The notes below the pieces were generated by a model. The model did not search any database, had not been told where the DNA came from, and saw nothing but the letters and a program-made list of their open reading frames with translations. Source: an uncultured Oscillospiraceae bacterium (lineage in GTDB: Bacteria > Bacillota > Clostridia > Oscillospirales > CAG-382). From it: DNA of 36,031 nucleotides. Each line of letters opens with the position of its first letter. Within the stretch, counting starts at the first letter, position 1. A program made the translations under genes and the position numbers. Shown here piece by piece: positions 6,934 through 15,545 of this stretch. The DNA is taken from positions 1-36,031 of the forward strand of contig CAZJCI010000001.1 of the NCBI GenBank assembly GCA_964544455.1, read 5' to 3'.

Positions 6934-9900
6934 ATGGACTGTAATGTCGCTTCCGAAAACGAATTTTCAATATCGGCGGAAATGCCTCAAACATATACGG
7001 CAACGCATTTTTTCTGCGGTATTCCGTTAATAAAATCCGTAATGCTGACGTCTGAAAAAACAATTTGCAATATTAACGGAAATTTATCCGTAAATATAAC
7101 CGCAAAATGCGAAAACTCGGATATCCTTAATTTCGCTTTTAATCTCGCCGATTTTCGCGCTTGCGATTATACGTGCGTCGGAGCAACCGCAATAAAGTTG
7201 AATCTCGAAAAATTTAAAATTGTTCCCAACGCCGATTTTATCAATTCGCTTGAAAACAACGCATACGCAAAAATTTTCATAACCGTTTGCATAGGCAAAA
7301 CGCACGCGGCAAAATCCGCAGATATAAAAATTTCTCCGTTCGGGCATATTTGCCCCGAAATGCCCCCGGAACTCGTTTGTTCATACGTTCTTCCGGATTG
7401 CGAATTTGCCGCAACCGCCGAACTCGAACTTCCGTCATATGCCGAAAAAGCGGAAAAAAAGCATTCTCAAAAACCGCCCAAGCAAATTCTTCACGCGGAA
7501 GCGTTGGCGGATTTTATGCTTTCCGCAAAGCTTACATATTCTTCGGTTCACAATGAATTGCCCGACGGCGAATGTATCATTCGCGATACGGACAGCCTTA
7601 TGGCTTCAAACAAAAAAAGCGTCAGTCAAACGGAAGCCGCGCTGATTTATTGCTCGCTTGCGGAACGTTGCGGTCTTCGTCCGGGAATAGTTTTTCTCCG
7701 CCGAGGAGCGGGAGCGATAAAAGTTCTCATAAAAATCGGTCTCGGCAATTACTACGCCGGAAACGCGGTCGGCGAAAGCGTTTCGCAATTACGAAAAAAA
7801 ATTCTGAATAAAGAAATATTTGTTTTTGATATTTTGGAACTTCTCGGTACGGAAGAAAGCGATTTTCAAAAAAACGTAACCGAAACCACCGCTCTTGTTT
7901 TTAAAGTCAGTTCGGCAGTCGCATATTCCGTAAACGTATATACCGCAAGACTTTGCGGCGTAAGGTCGTTGCGCCCGTTCGACGGTTGCGGCGCAAAAGA
8001 TATATACGGCGGATACGAAAGCGTTTCCGACGTTGTAAAAAAAATAGATAAAAACGCCGACTTGGTTTCGGTTTACAATTTTTCTCCGTATAAAACGCCG
8101 TCCTTGGGGCTTTGCGCCGCTTCAACTCTTGAATACGGAAAAGAATATACCGTTTCCGCTTTGGACGACGAATTCATATGCTCGTCGCCGGACGCATTTT
8201 CGGAAATATGCGAAATTCAACCGCAAAGAATATACGATATTCACCGAAACATAACCGAAAAAACACTCTATGATGCAAAAGCAGAAAAGCTGAAAAACAA
8301 AATTTCCGAAAGCGTAAAAAAAGGGACGGTTTACGCATACCCGTCAAAATATATGCTCTGTGCCGAAAAGCTTTTCCCCGAAAAAATTCGCGACGAACTT
8401 AATTCCGACGCAACCCTGCTTTGCCAAACGGCAAAAATAGCTTCTCTTAATTGCGAAAATACTTCCGTCTATGCAATTTGCGGAACAGTTAAGCTGACCG
8501 AAAACGGAAGCGAATGTTTTGTTCCGTGCGCATATATTCCTTGTAAAATTTCGGTGGAAACCGGCGCAATAAAAATCACATACGGAGTCGGGGGTGCAAT
8601 GCCGAACCCAAGTTTAATCAAACGTATTGCCCAACACACCGAATTCGGTTTAAATATCGGCGCAAATTCCGAACTTTGCCAAAATGAACTGAAAGATTAC
8701 ATATCAAAAATAAAAAAAATTTCACAAGAAAGCAACGGCAAATTTGTTTTTTATTCCGATACGTTTTTGGCGGCGTTCGATATTTCCTATGCGCTTATGA
8801 GAAACTGCCTTGAACGCACGGAAGGAAAAAAATTCGAAAGCTGTCTTGAAAACGGAAAATATACGCTTTCTCCACACGAAAACGCAAAAAACGAAAATTT
8901 CGATTCAACCTTGCCTTTCGAATGTTCTTCAACCGTGCGAGAAGCGGTAAAACAAGCCGAAACCGATAGCGTTGTTATTTCCGGCGCTCACGGAACCGGC
9001 AAAAAAAAGGCGGTCGCCAACATAATATCTCGCGCCGCTCTTGCGGGAAACGGCGTTCTTGTTTGTTCAAAATACCCCGAATCCCTAAAATCTCTCCGCA
9101 ATACCTTGTGCACAAAAGGTCTCGACGAATTGTGCCTCTATATATCGGAAGAAGCCGAAACCAAAAACAGAATTTTAAATGATATTCGAACCCTTACTTC
9201 AAAAGCGCAAAATCCGCCCAAAATCGCAAATAACGGTTTTTCCGCAACCGAATCCGCTCTTAATTTCCGCACAAATCAAGTTTATTCCGAATGCGGATTC
9301 GGATTGTCCCTATACGATTGCATTGAAGAATATTGCAAATACGACGTCGTATGCGAAGTTCCCCCAATAAACATCGAAACGGAAATTTGCAACCTTTCGG
9401 AAGAAAGCGTCAAAAATATTATTGATATTTCCGAAAATCTTGCCGCCAAAGCGGCGGAAATTTCCGAAATGTGCGAAAAAAGCCGAACCGATATATTTCA
9501 ATATCTGAAATATATAAAAAGCGTAAAAGAAATACCCAAATCATCGTTTTCCCTTTTTCAAGAAACAGCCGAACAAATCAGAATTTTTTCCGAAAAGTCC
9601 GCTTTCACCAAAAATTGCCTGGAACTCTCCGATAAAGATATGCCCTCCGTGCGTTCTCTGCTTGCTTTGGGCGAATTTTCGGAACTTATCGTAAAATCCG
9701 GAATAGATTTTCTTCCGAATCAAATTTTTGCCGAAAGCGTATACAGATGCGCAAAAAACGTCCATAGCGCGTGCGACTTAATCGACGAACTTCACGAAAT
9801 TAACTGCCGCCTCAGTTTTATAAGCAACAGAATAGCGTCCGTATCATGCACGGAACTTTACATAAAATGGAAAGATTCCGAAAACAATCTTTTTGTCCGA

Positions 9901-11931
9901 AACAGCATTATCCACGAAATAACAAAATATTTGCCCGCCGATAAAAAAATATCTTCAAAAGAAACAGGCGAAATTTTGGAAAATCTGTCTCGCCGAGAAC
10001 AGCTTGAAAAAGAGCTTTCTTCGGCGTCGTCGGAATTGAACTCTGTCCTCGGCGAACTTTGGAACGGAAAAAATACCGATACCGAAAAAGCAAGACGCAT
10101 AGCCTCATTTGCCGTTTCGGCAGACGCTTGCATAAAAAAGCTTTTCCCGACTCAAACCGCAATTTCCGAAAATACAATAAACGGAATAAAAAAATTGATA
10201 AGCGAACTTTCCAAAAATAACTCGCAAAAAACGGATTTTGTGTTGGCGGTTTCGGCTTTCAAAAAGCTTGCGGACCCCGGCAACGGGCTTTTTTCCCAAC
10301 TCCAGGAATGTTTGTGTGCCGATTTGTACGAACTCAAATTTCCCAACGGAATTATGAGTAAAAACGGAATGTGCACAATGTTGCACACATTTTGCGAAAA
10401 CATTCAAACGCTCTCAAAAATTCACGAACTTAACATTCTGAAAAAAGACGCCCAAGCCGTAGGACTTTCAAATTTTGTCCGTTATATCGAAACCCGAAAA
10501 ACTACCGGCAACGAATCGGCTCTTTTCAAAAAAAGTATCTACTGTGCGTTTGCAAATTATATCATTTCCTCAAAACAACTCACCGGTGAAGAAGATATTA
10601 CCCAACAATACAAAAAATACCGAGATGCCTATATCAACCAAAAAAACATTACGGCATACAATTTGATTGTTGCTCACCGAAAAAAATTCAAAGAATACGT
10701 TGCAACCGAAAACGGAAAAAAAGAGCTTTTCGAATTGCAAAAAAACCTTAACAACAGCGCACTGTCCTGCTGTGAAATCATAAATAACAGTTATAAAATT
10801 CTTCAAGTAATCTATTGTGCGGTATTGGTTCCTCTGACAATCGCATACGGTTTGCGTACATACCCCGAAATACTTGTGCTTACCGATTGCGAAAAAACCG
10901 ACGCTTCCGAGGGAATCCCGCTGTGCGCAAGCTTCGATAAATGCGTGTTTATAACTTCGCCGTTCGAAAAAATAGGAAGCATAATATCGTCTCTCCCTTT
11001 GGATATACCCATATTCGAACTTAATAGCGTTGCGGAAGAAAAAAACGGAAACATCTCGGCTTTTACCAACAGCCTTTTCGGAAACTCAATCGCAACGCTG
11101 TGCCGTGAAAGCGGCGAGGATACGGTGAAATTTATAAAATGCGACGGCGGCGTTTACGATAAAAACAACGGCACAAACAAAATTGAAGCGGTCAAAGCTT
11201 GTGAAACAGCCCTTTCCGTCGCTCAAACCGAAGGTTTTCAAAACGTGGGAATAATGGCGTTTACCGCCGCTCAAGCTTTCGAAATAACCTCCGCTTTGCA
11301 AATTCTTTCCAAAAAACACCGTAACCAAACCATTGCCGAAATTCCTGTTCGTTATATCGGCAATATGGGCGACTTTTCAAAAGAGGTCATTGTTTTATCG
11401 GTAACATTCGGTAAAAATATATTCTCTTTTCCCAAAAGTTTCGGTTGCGCCGACAATATAAGTATGATTCGTCACGGTCATCCGGTTGTTTTGGCGGAAT
11501 TGTTGTGCTGTTGCGGAAAATTATATGTAGTTTCCTCGTGCGAACCGGAAGAAATTTCCACCGACGGGTTGTGCCTTGGCGCAAGCGCAATACGAAGCGT
11601 TTTGGAACTTGCAAAATACGGTTGCTTGCCCATATACCTTTCAAACGAATCGCACAGCCGCACGCTTGGCGGAATCGAGAATAAAATTTGCCGAAATGCC
11701 TGCATTTCTCATAATGCGCAAAATGTAATCATAAGTAACGGAACAGCCGTATACGGCAATACCGCAATAGTTTATGATAACGGATATATCCGAGATGCCT
11801 ACGAAAGAATAATACTTCCTCTCACGGAATTCGAAGCGAAAGGCTATAACGTAAAATTTCAAAATATATGCGATTTGCTAAAAAATACAAAACCGACGGA
11901 ACCCTCGTTTCCGTCCGAGAAAAGAGAGTGA
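6934..11931 (+). CDS. 1665-aa DUF4011 / SF1 (Upf1-DNA2-like, AAA_11+AAA_12) helicase-related protein with a DUF559-like C-terminus; catalytic motifs degenerate
   Basis: An uninterrupted 4998-nt ORF with a good RBS. Landmarks read by eye:
- DUF4011-like core, aa 511-575 (VYAICGTVKL...FVPCAYIPCKIS...NPSLIKRIAQ).
- P-loop-like GAHGTGKKK, aa 684-692 (nt 8983-9009).
- Long helical insert, aa 740-1290.
- Motif II position reads LVLTDCEKT, aa 1314-1322 (nt 10873-10899).
- C-terminal block IVYDNGYIRDAYERIILPLTEFEAKGYNV resembles the ExDG...DxxR...GW core of DUF559/Vsr-like nucleases. Confidence 0.8.
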   Translation: MDCNVASENEFSISAEMPQTYTATHFFCGIPLIKSVMLTSEKTICNINGNLSVNITAKCENSDILNFAFNLADFRACDYTCVGATAIKLNLEKFKIVPNADFINSLENNAYAKIFITVCIGKTHAAKSADIKISPFGHICPEMPPELVCSYVLPDCEFAATAELELPSYAEKAEKKHSQKPPKQILHAEALADFMLSAKLTYSSVHNELPDGECIIRDTDSLMASNKKSVSQTEAALIYCSLAERCGLRPGIVFLRRGAGAIKVLIKIGLGNYYAGNAVGESVSQLRKKILNKEIFVFDILELLGTEESDFQKNVTETTALVFKVSSAVAYSVNVYTARLCGVRSLRPFDGCGAKDIYGGYESVSDVVKKIDKNADLVSVYNFSPYKTPSLGLCAASTLEYGKEYTVSALDDEFICSSPDAFSEICEIQPQRIYDIHRNITEKTLYDAKAEKLKNKISESVKKGTVYAYPSKYMLCAEKLFPEKIRDELNSDATLLCQTAKIASLNCENTSVYAICGTVKLTENGSECFVPCAYIPCKISVETGAIKITYGVGGAMPNPSLIKRIAQHTEFGLNIGANSELCQNELKDYISKIKKISQESNGKFVFYSDTFLAAFDISYALMRNCLERTEGKKFESCLENGKYTLSPHENAKNENFDSTLPFECSSTVREAVKQAETDSVVISGAHGTGKKKAVANIISRAALAGNGVLVCSKYPESLKSLRNTLCTKGLDELCLYISEEAETKNRILNDIRTLTSKAQNPPKIANNGFSATESALNFRTNQVYSECGFGLSLYDCIEEYCKYDVVCEVPPINIETEICNLSEESVKNIIDISENLAAKAAEISEMCEKSRTDIFQYLKYIKSVKEIPKSSFSLFQETAEQIRIFSEKSAFTKNCLELSDKDMPSVRSLLALGEFSELIVKSGIDFLPNQIFAESVYRCAKNVHSACDLIDELHEINCRLSFISNRIASVSCTELYIKWKDSENNLFVRNSIIHEITKYLPADKKISSKETGEILENLSRREQLEKELSSASSELNSVLGELWNGKNTDTEKARRIASFAVSADACIKKLFPTQTAISENTINGIKKLISELSKNNSQKTDFVLAVSAFKKLADPGNGLFSQLQECLCADLYELKFPNGIMSKNGMCTMLHTFCENIQTLSKIHELNILKKDAQAVGLSNFVRYIETRKTTGNESALFKKSIYCAFANYIISSKQLTGEEDITQQYKKYRDAYINQKNITAYNLIVAHRKKFKEYVATENGKKELFELQKNLNNSALSCCEIINNSYKILQVIYCAVLVPLTIAYGLRTYPEILVLTDCEKTDASEGIPLCASFDKCVFITSPFEKIGSIISSLPLDIPIFELNSVAEEKNGNISAFTNSLFGNSIATLCRESGEDTVKFIKCDGGVYDKNNGTNKIEAVKACETALSVAQTEGFQNVGIMAFTAAQAFEITSALQILSKKHRNQTIAEIPVRYIGNMGDFSKEVIVLSVTFGKNIFSFPKSFGCADNISMIRHGHPVVLAELLCCCGKLYVVSSCEPEEISTDGLCLGASAIRSVLELAKYGCLPIYLSNESHSRTLGGIENKICRNACISHNAQNVIISNGTAVYGNTAIVYDNGYIRDAYERIILPLTEFEAKGYNVKFQNICDLLKNTKPTEPSFPSEKRE

Positions 11932-11935
11932 CTAA

Positions 11936-12958
11936 TTGAACAGTTCAAGATATGTCGGAATAGATTTGGGCACAGCCAATACACTTGTCTATACAAAAGA
12001 AAAGGGAATAAGCGTAAGAGAACCGTCTATGGTTGCGTATGAACGGTCAACGTCAAAAGTAATAGCCGTCGGAAGCGAAGCGAAAAAAATGCTCGGCAAA
12101 ACGCCGGACTCCATAAAAACTCTCAGTCCCGTAAAAGACGGAGTAATTGCTGATTTTGAATTTTGCGCCGATATGCTTTGCGAATTTATAAAAAAGGGAT
12201 TCGGTCCGATTTTGGGCTTTCGTCCCAAAGTAATGGTTTGCATTCCTTTCGGCATAACGGAGGTTGAAAAACGGGCGGTGCTGGATTCCATACTCGAAGC
12301 GGGCGCAAGCAGCGTCGAAATTTTCGAAGAACCTCTTTGCGCGGCTCTGGGCGCAGGACTTCCCGTAATGTCGGAAAAAGGCAGTATGATTGTGGATATA
12401 GGAGCGGGAACCGCCGAAATAGCAATTCTTTCGCACGGAGGAATAGTAACTTCCACGTCCGTAAAAATTGCGGGTAACGCATTTGATAAATCCATAATTT
12501 CATATATAAAACAGGAATTTAACGTCCTGATAGGTCAGGTAACCGCCGAAGAAATAAAAACCAAAATCGGTTCCGCACACCCAAGTTCGGACATCGGCGC
12601 AATCGAAGTAAAAGGCAGAAATATGCGCAACGGAAAAGCCGCCGAATTCATATTATATTCCGCCGAAGTACGAGAAGCAATTCAAGAACCGCTTGCCGCG
12701 CTTTTCGAAGCAATACGCTCCGTGCTGGATTCCGCGCCGCCGGAAATTTGCGCCGATATTTACGACAACGGCATAACGCTCAGCGGCGGCGGCGCACTGT
12801 TAAAAGGACTTAACTTTTATTTCCACGATATTTCAAAATTAAACGTAAGAGTTGCCGAAAATCCGCTTGACTGCGTAATTTGCGGCATACGCAAGCTTAT
12901 TCAAGAACCGGCGTTGCGCAATAAAATCGAAAGTATAGCTCTTCATTCCGCAACATAA
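11936..12958 (+). CDS. mreB: rod-shape-determining actin homologue MreB/Mbl
   Basis: A TTG start 4 nt after the giant ORF's TGA, with AAGAGAG 7 nt upstream. Canonical MreB blocks are present: GIDLGTANTLVY, REPSMVA, KDGVIADFE, EEPLCAALGAGLPV, GSMIVDIGAGTAEIA, GRNMRNG, LSGGGALLKGL, VAENPLDCV. There is no mreC or mreD downstream. Confidence 0.9.
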   Translation: MNSSRYVGIDLGTANTLVYTKEKGISVREPSMVAYERSTSKVIAVGSEAKKMLGKTPDSIKTLSPVKDGVIADFEFCADMLCEFIKKGFGPILGFRPKVMVCIPFGITEVEKRAVLDSILEAGASSVEIFEEPLCAALGAGLPVMSEKGSMIVDIGAGTAEIAILSHGGIVTSTSVKIAGNAFDKSIISYIKQEFNVLIGQVTAEEIKTKIGSAHPSSDIGAIEVKGRNMRNGKAAEFILYSAEVREAIQEPLAALFEAIRSVLDSAPPEICADIYDNGITLSGGGALLKGLNFYFHDISKLNVRVAENPLDCVICGIRKLIQEPALRNKIESIALHSAT

Positions 12959-12970
12959 AAATTAAATATA

Positions 12971-13010
12971 TTTAAAAAATGTCTTGATATTTTAAAAAAA
13001 TGTCTTGACT
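12971..13010 (+). repeat. tandem 20-bp direct repeat TTTAAAAAA(A)TGTCTTGA(TAT/CT)
   Basis: Copy 1 is 12971-12990 and copy 2 is 12991-13010. They are near-identical apart from one extra A. Copy 2 supplies the -35 of the tsaB promoter. Confidence 0.5.
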
Positions 13011-13034
13011 TTTCAAACCGCAAAACTGTATAAT
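13005..13034 (+). promoter_or_regulatory. sigma-A type promoter for tsaB-hpt
   Basis: TTGACT (13005-13010), an 18-nt spacer ending in TG, then TATAAT (13029-13034). Confidence 0.6.
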
Positions 13035-13064
13035 ATATCTAACATAACAAAGATTGGTGATAAA

Positions 13065-13829
13065 ATGTATATACTTGCCATTGATACAACAGCAAAAACG
13101 GCGTCCGTATGCGTTGCAAAAGTTTGCGAAGAAGAAATAACCCCCTGTTCTTTGTGGACAGTAAATTGCGGATTCACTCACAGCGAAACGCTCTTGCCGA
13201 TGATCGACGCTTGCCTTGGCGCAACGGGAATTTCAACCGATAATTTGGAAATTATCGCCGTAAGTGCCGGTCCCGGTTCTTTCACCGGAGTAAGAATAGG
13301 CGTTGCCGCCGCAAAGGGAATTTCTTTCGGACTCGCCGCAAAGGGAATAACTCATAAATGCGTCGAAGTTTCTTCAATCGAAGCTTTGGCGGAAAACGTA
13401 AAAAATTATTCCGAATATGTCATATGCCCCGTAATGGACGCAAGACGTTCTCAGTTTTACAACGGACTTTTCAGCGCAAAAAGCGGAAAAATACAAAGAC
13501 TGTGCAACGACAGACTTTCCACCGCCGCCGAACTTTATAACGATATAAACGAAAAATTCGTCAACAAAAAAATTCTTCTTGTGGGCGACGGTGCGGTTTT
13601 GTGCAAAAAACTTTTCGATAAAATCGCCGTCGAATCGCAAAATAACCCAAACTTTGAATATACCGTTTGCGACAGTTCGGATATGTACCAAAACGCATAT
13701 TCGGTTGCCAAAACCGCAATTTTTTCGCCAAACGCCAAAAACACGGACGGCGCACGGCTTTCGCCGATATACCTAAGAGCTTCGCAAGCCGAAAGAGAAC
13801 GCTTGGCTCGCCAAAAAGAAAAAGAATAA
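13065..13829 (+). CDS. tsaB: tRNA t6A37 threonylcarbamoyl-adenosine biosynthesis protein TsaB (YeaZ)
   Basis: Track ORF 13005..13829. The upstream part overlaps the promoter, so I prefer the ATG at 13065 (MYILAIDTT). TsaB-typical segments are ILAIDTT, HSETLLPMID and AVSAGPGSFTGVRIGV. Confidence 0.85.
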   Translation: MYILAIDTTAKTASVCVAKVCEEEITPCSLWTVNCGFTHSETLLPMIDACLGATGISTDNLEIIAVSAGPGSFTGVRIGVAAAKGISFGLAAKGITHKCVEVSSIEALAENVKNYSEYVICPVMDARRSQFYNGLFSAKSGKIQRLCNDRLSTAAELYNDINEKFVNKKILLVGDGAVLCKKLFDKIAVESQNNPNFEYTVCDSSDMYQNAYSVAKTAIFSPNAKNTDGARLSPIYLRASQAERERLARQKEKE

Positions 13830-13853
13830 AAATCTTGAAAGGATTGTCATTTT

Positions 13854-14423
13854 ATGCTCAAAACTTCAATCGAAAACGACATCGAACAAGTACTGCTGTC
13901 TGAAGAACAAATCCAAAACGCCGTAAAAAAAATTGCCGCTGAAATAACGGCGGATCACCAAAATTCCGAAAAAAACCTTCTGCTTGTCTGTATACTTAAA
14001 GGCTCTCTGCCTTTCACTGCGGATTTGCTTAAGGAAATAAAAATCCCCTGCACATTGGATTTTATGAAAGTTTCTTCCTACGGTTCCGGAACCGTTTCCA
14101 CAGGACAGGTAAAAATCAAATACGACCTTGCCGAAGAAACGCTTGAAGACTACGACGTTGTGGTAATCGAAGATATAATAGATACCGGTCATACTCTTTC
14201 CAATCTTCTTGTCCATCTTAAAAACAGACACGCTCACAGCGTAAAACTTTGCGCGCTTGTCAATAAACCCGATCGAAGAATCGTAAACGTAAACGTGGAT
14301 TACTGCGGCTATACCATACCGGATAAGTTCGTTGTCGGCTACGGTTTGGATTACGACGAAAAATACAGAAATCTTCCCTACATAGGAATACTTAAAGAAG
14401 AAGTATACAAAGGCAAACTTTAA
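13854..14423 (+). CDS. hpt: hypoxanthine phosphoribosyltransferase
   Basis: 189 aa. It has the PRPP-binding motif VVVIEDIIDTGHTL, plus LKGSLPF, FMKVSSYG, KFVVGYGLDY and YRNLPYIG. AAAGGA RBS. Confidence 0.92.
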   Translation: MLKTSIENDIEQVLLSEEQIQNAVKKIAAEITADHQNSEKNLLLVCILKGSLPFTADLLKEIKIPCTLDFMKVSSYGSGTVSTGQVKIKYDLAEETLEDYDVVVIEDIIDTGHTLSNLLVHLKNRHAHSVKLCALVNKPDRRIVNVNVDYCGYTIPDKFVVGYGLDYDEKYRNLPYIGILKEEVYKGKL

Positions 14424-14502
14424 TATTTTTAAAAATATATAATAAAAACAGCCGTTGCCCGCTTCAAATTTGCGCCAAAGCAACGGCAAGAAGGAGAATT
14501 AT

Positions 14503-15495
14503 ATGAGTATACAGGAAAACATCAAACGCTTTCAAAGCAAAAAATGGGGTGTGTTTTACCACTTTTTGGGCGGACACGACGGCAAAGCGTGGAGCGAAAG
14601 AGTAGATAAAGTCAACGTTGAACTTTGGGCAAAACAGCTCTGCGAGTTGGGGTGCGGATTTATGGGCATAACCATGATGCAGGTAACGCAGTGTATGCTT
14701 GCTCCAAACGAAGCATACAACAGAATAACGGGCTACGCTCCCGGCGAAGCATGCGCAAAGCGAGATTTAGTACTCGAACTTTCCGACGCGCTTGCAAAAT
14801 ACGATATAGACCTAATGCTGTACTATACCGGCGACGGTCCGTGTCGAGACAGAAGCCATAAAGCCAGCAACGCTTTCGGCTTTACCACCAATCAACCCGT
14901 TTGCGTCAACGGAAAATGGACGCCGCTTGTAAAGGAACCGGAATATATCCCTCAAAGTTTTGTGGATAAATGGTGCGAAGTCCTCCAAGAATATGCCCAA
15001 AGATACGGCAACAGGGTTTTCGCTTGGTGGATTGACGGTTGCTCCAAAACGCTTTACGAAGATTCCACAAGACTTCAATATCTTGAAAAGTTCAAAAACG
15101 CCGCAAGAAGCGGAAATCCCGATGTTCTTATGACATTCAACGCAGGTTTTTGCAACACCGGTCACCGCCCGCCCTGCCGCCTCGATGATTTCACCAGCGG
15201 AGAAACAAGCGAATTTTTACCCATTCCGCAAAGTCCCTACGTCGAAAACGCCCTGTGGTTCGAATTTTTGTGCAACGGATTTTGGTGGAAAAACGGCGAC
15301 AGAAGCACCGGAATTTGGGTTGGAAACAAAGAAGAACAAAATCAAATAAGATATACCCCCGAAGAACTGCGAGACCACGTAAAAGCCGTAAACGAAGCCG
15401 GCGGCGTGGTAATGTTCGATACGCAATTCGTAAACGACGGAAAAATCAACGAATTGCAATTCGAATGTATGTCAAAACTTTGCGAACTGAAATGA
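14503..15495 (+). CDS. GH29-like (alpha-L-fucosidase-like) TIM-barrel hydrolase, catalytic domain only, cytoplasmic
   Basis: The ATG at 14503 is preceded by AAGGAGA. WGVFYHF, KRDLVLELSDALAKYDIDLMLYY and the AWWIDG block resemble the GH29 core, including the Asp nucleophile position. No signal peptide. Assigned by eye only. Confidence 0.55.
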   Translation: MSIQENIKRFQSKKWGVFYHFLGGHDGKAWSERVDKVNVELWAKQLCELGCGFMGITMMQVTQCMLAPNEAYNRITGYAPGEACAKRDLVLELSDALAKYDIDLMLYYTGDGPCRDRSHKASNAFGFTTNQPVCVNGKWTPLVKEPEYIPQSFVDKWCEVLQEYAQRYGNRVFAWWIDGCSKTLYEDSTRLQYLEKFKNAARSGNPDVLMTFNAGFCNTGHRPPCRLDDFTSGETSEFLPIPQSPYVENALWFEFLCNGFWWKNGDRSTGIWVGNKEEQNQIRYTPEELRDHVKAVNEAGGVVMFDTQFVNDGKINELQFECMSKLCELK

Positions 15496-15545
15496 GATGA
15501 AAATATATTTTGAAAAATACGAATAAATATAAGGAGAACAAAATA

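Noticed and set aside
7624-7701. Transglutaminase-like core in the giant protein (SVSQTEAALIYCSLAERCGLRPGIVFL resembles ...C..FA..F.ALLRALGIPAR.V)
   Set aside because: Only about 20 residues resemble the motif, and the nucleophile Cys does not fall at the expected register. It needs a profile or structure comparison, so it is not reported as a domain.
9001-9008. A8 homopolymer inside the P-loop codons of the giant ORF (and several A7 runs elsewhere) as possible phase-variation tracts
   Set aside because: A7-A8 runs encoding Lys-Lys are frequent throughout this AT-rich window, including in essential genes such as infB and nusA. The length is below what is usually needed for efficient slippage.
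14451-14487. Hairpin GCCGTTGC-N21-GCAACGGC after hpt as a terminator
   Set aside because: The loop is a large 21 nt and no U-tract follows. It runs straight into the AAGGAGA RBS of the next gene. At best it is a weak processing or stability element.
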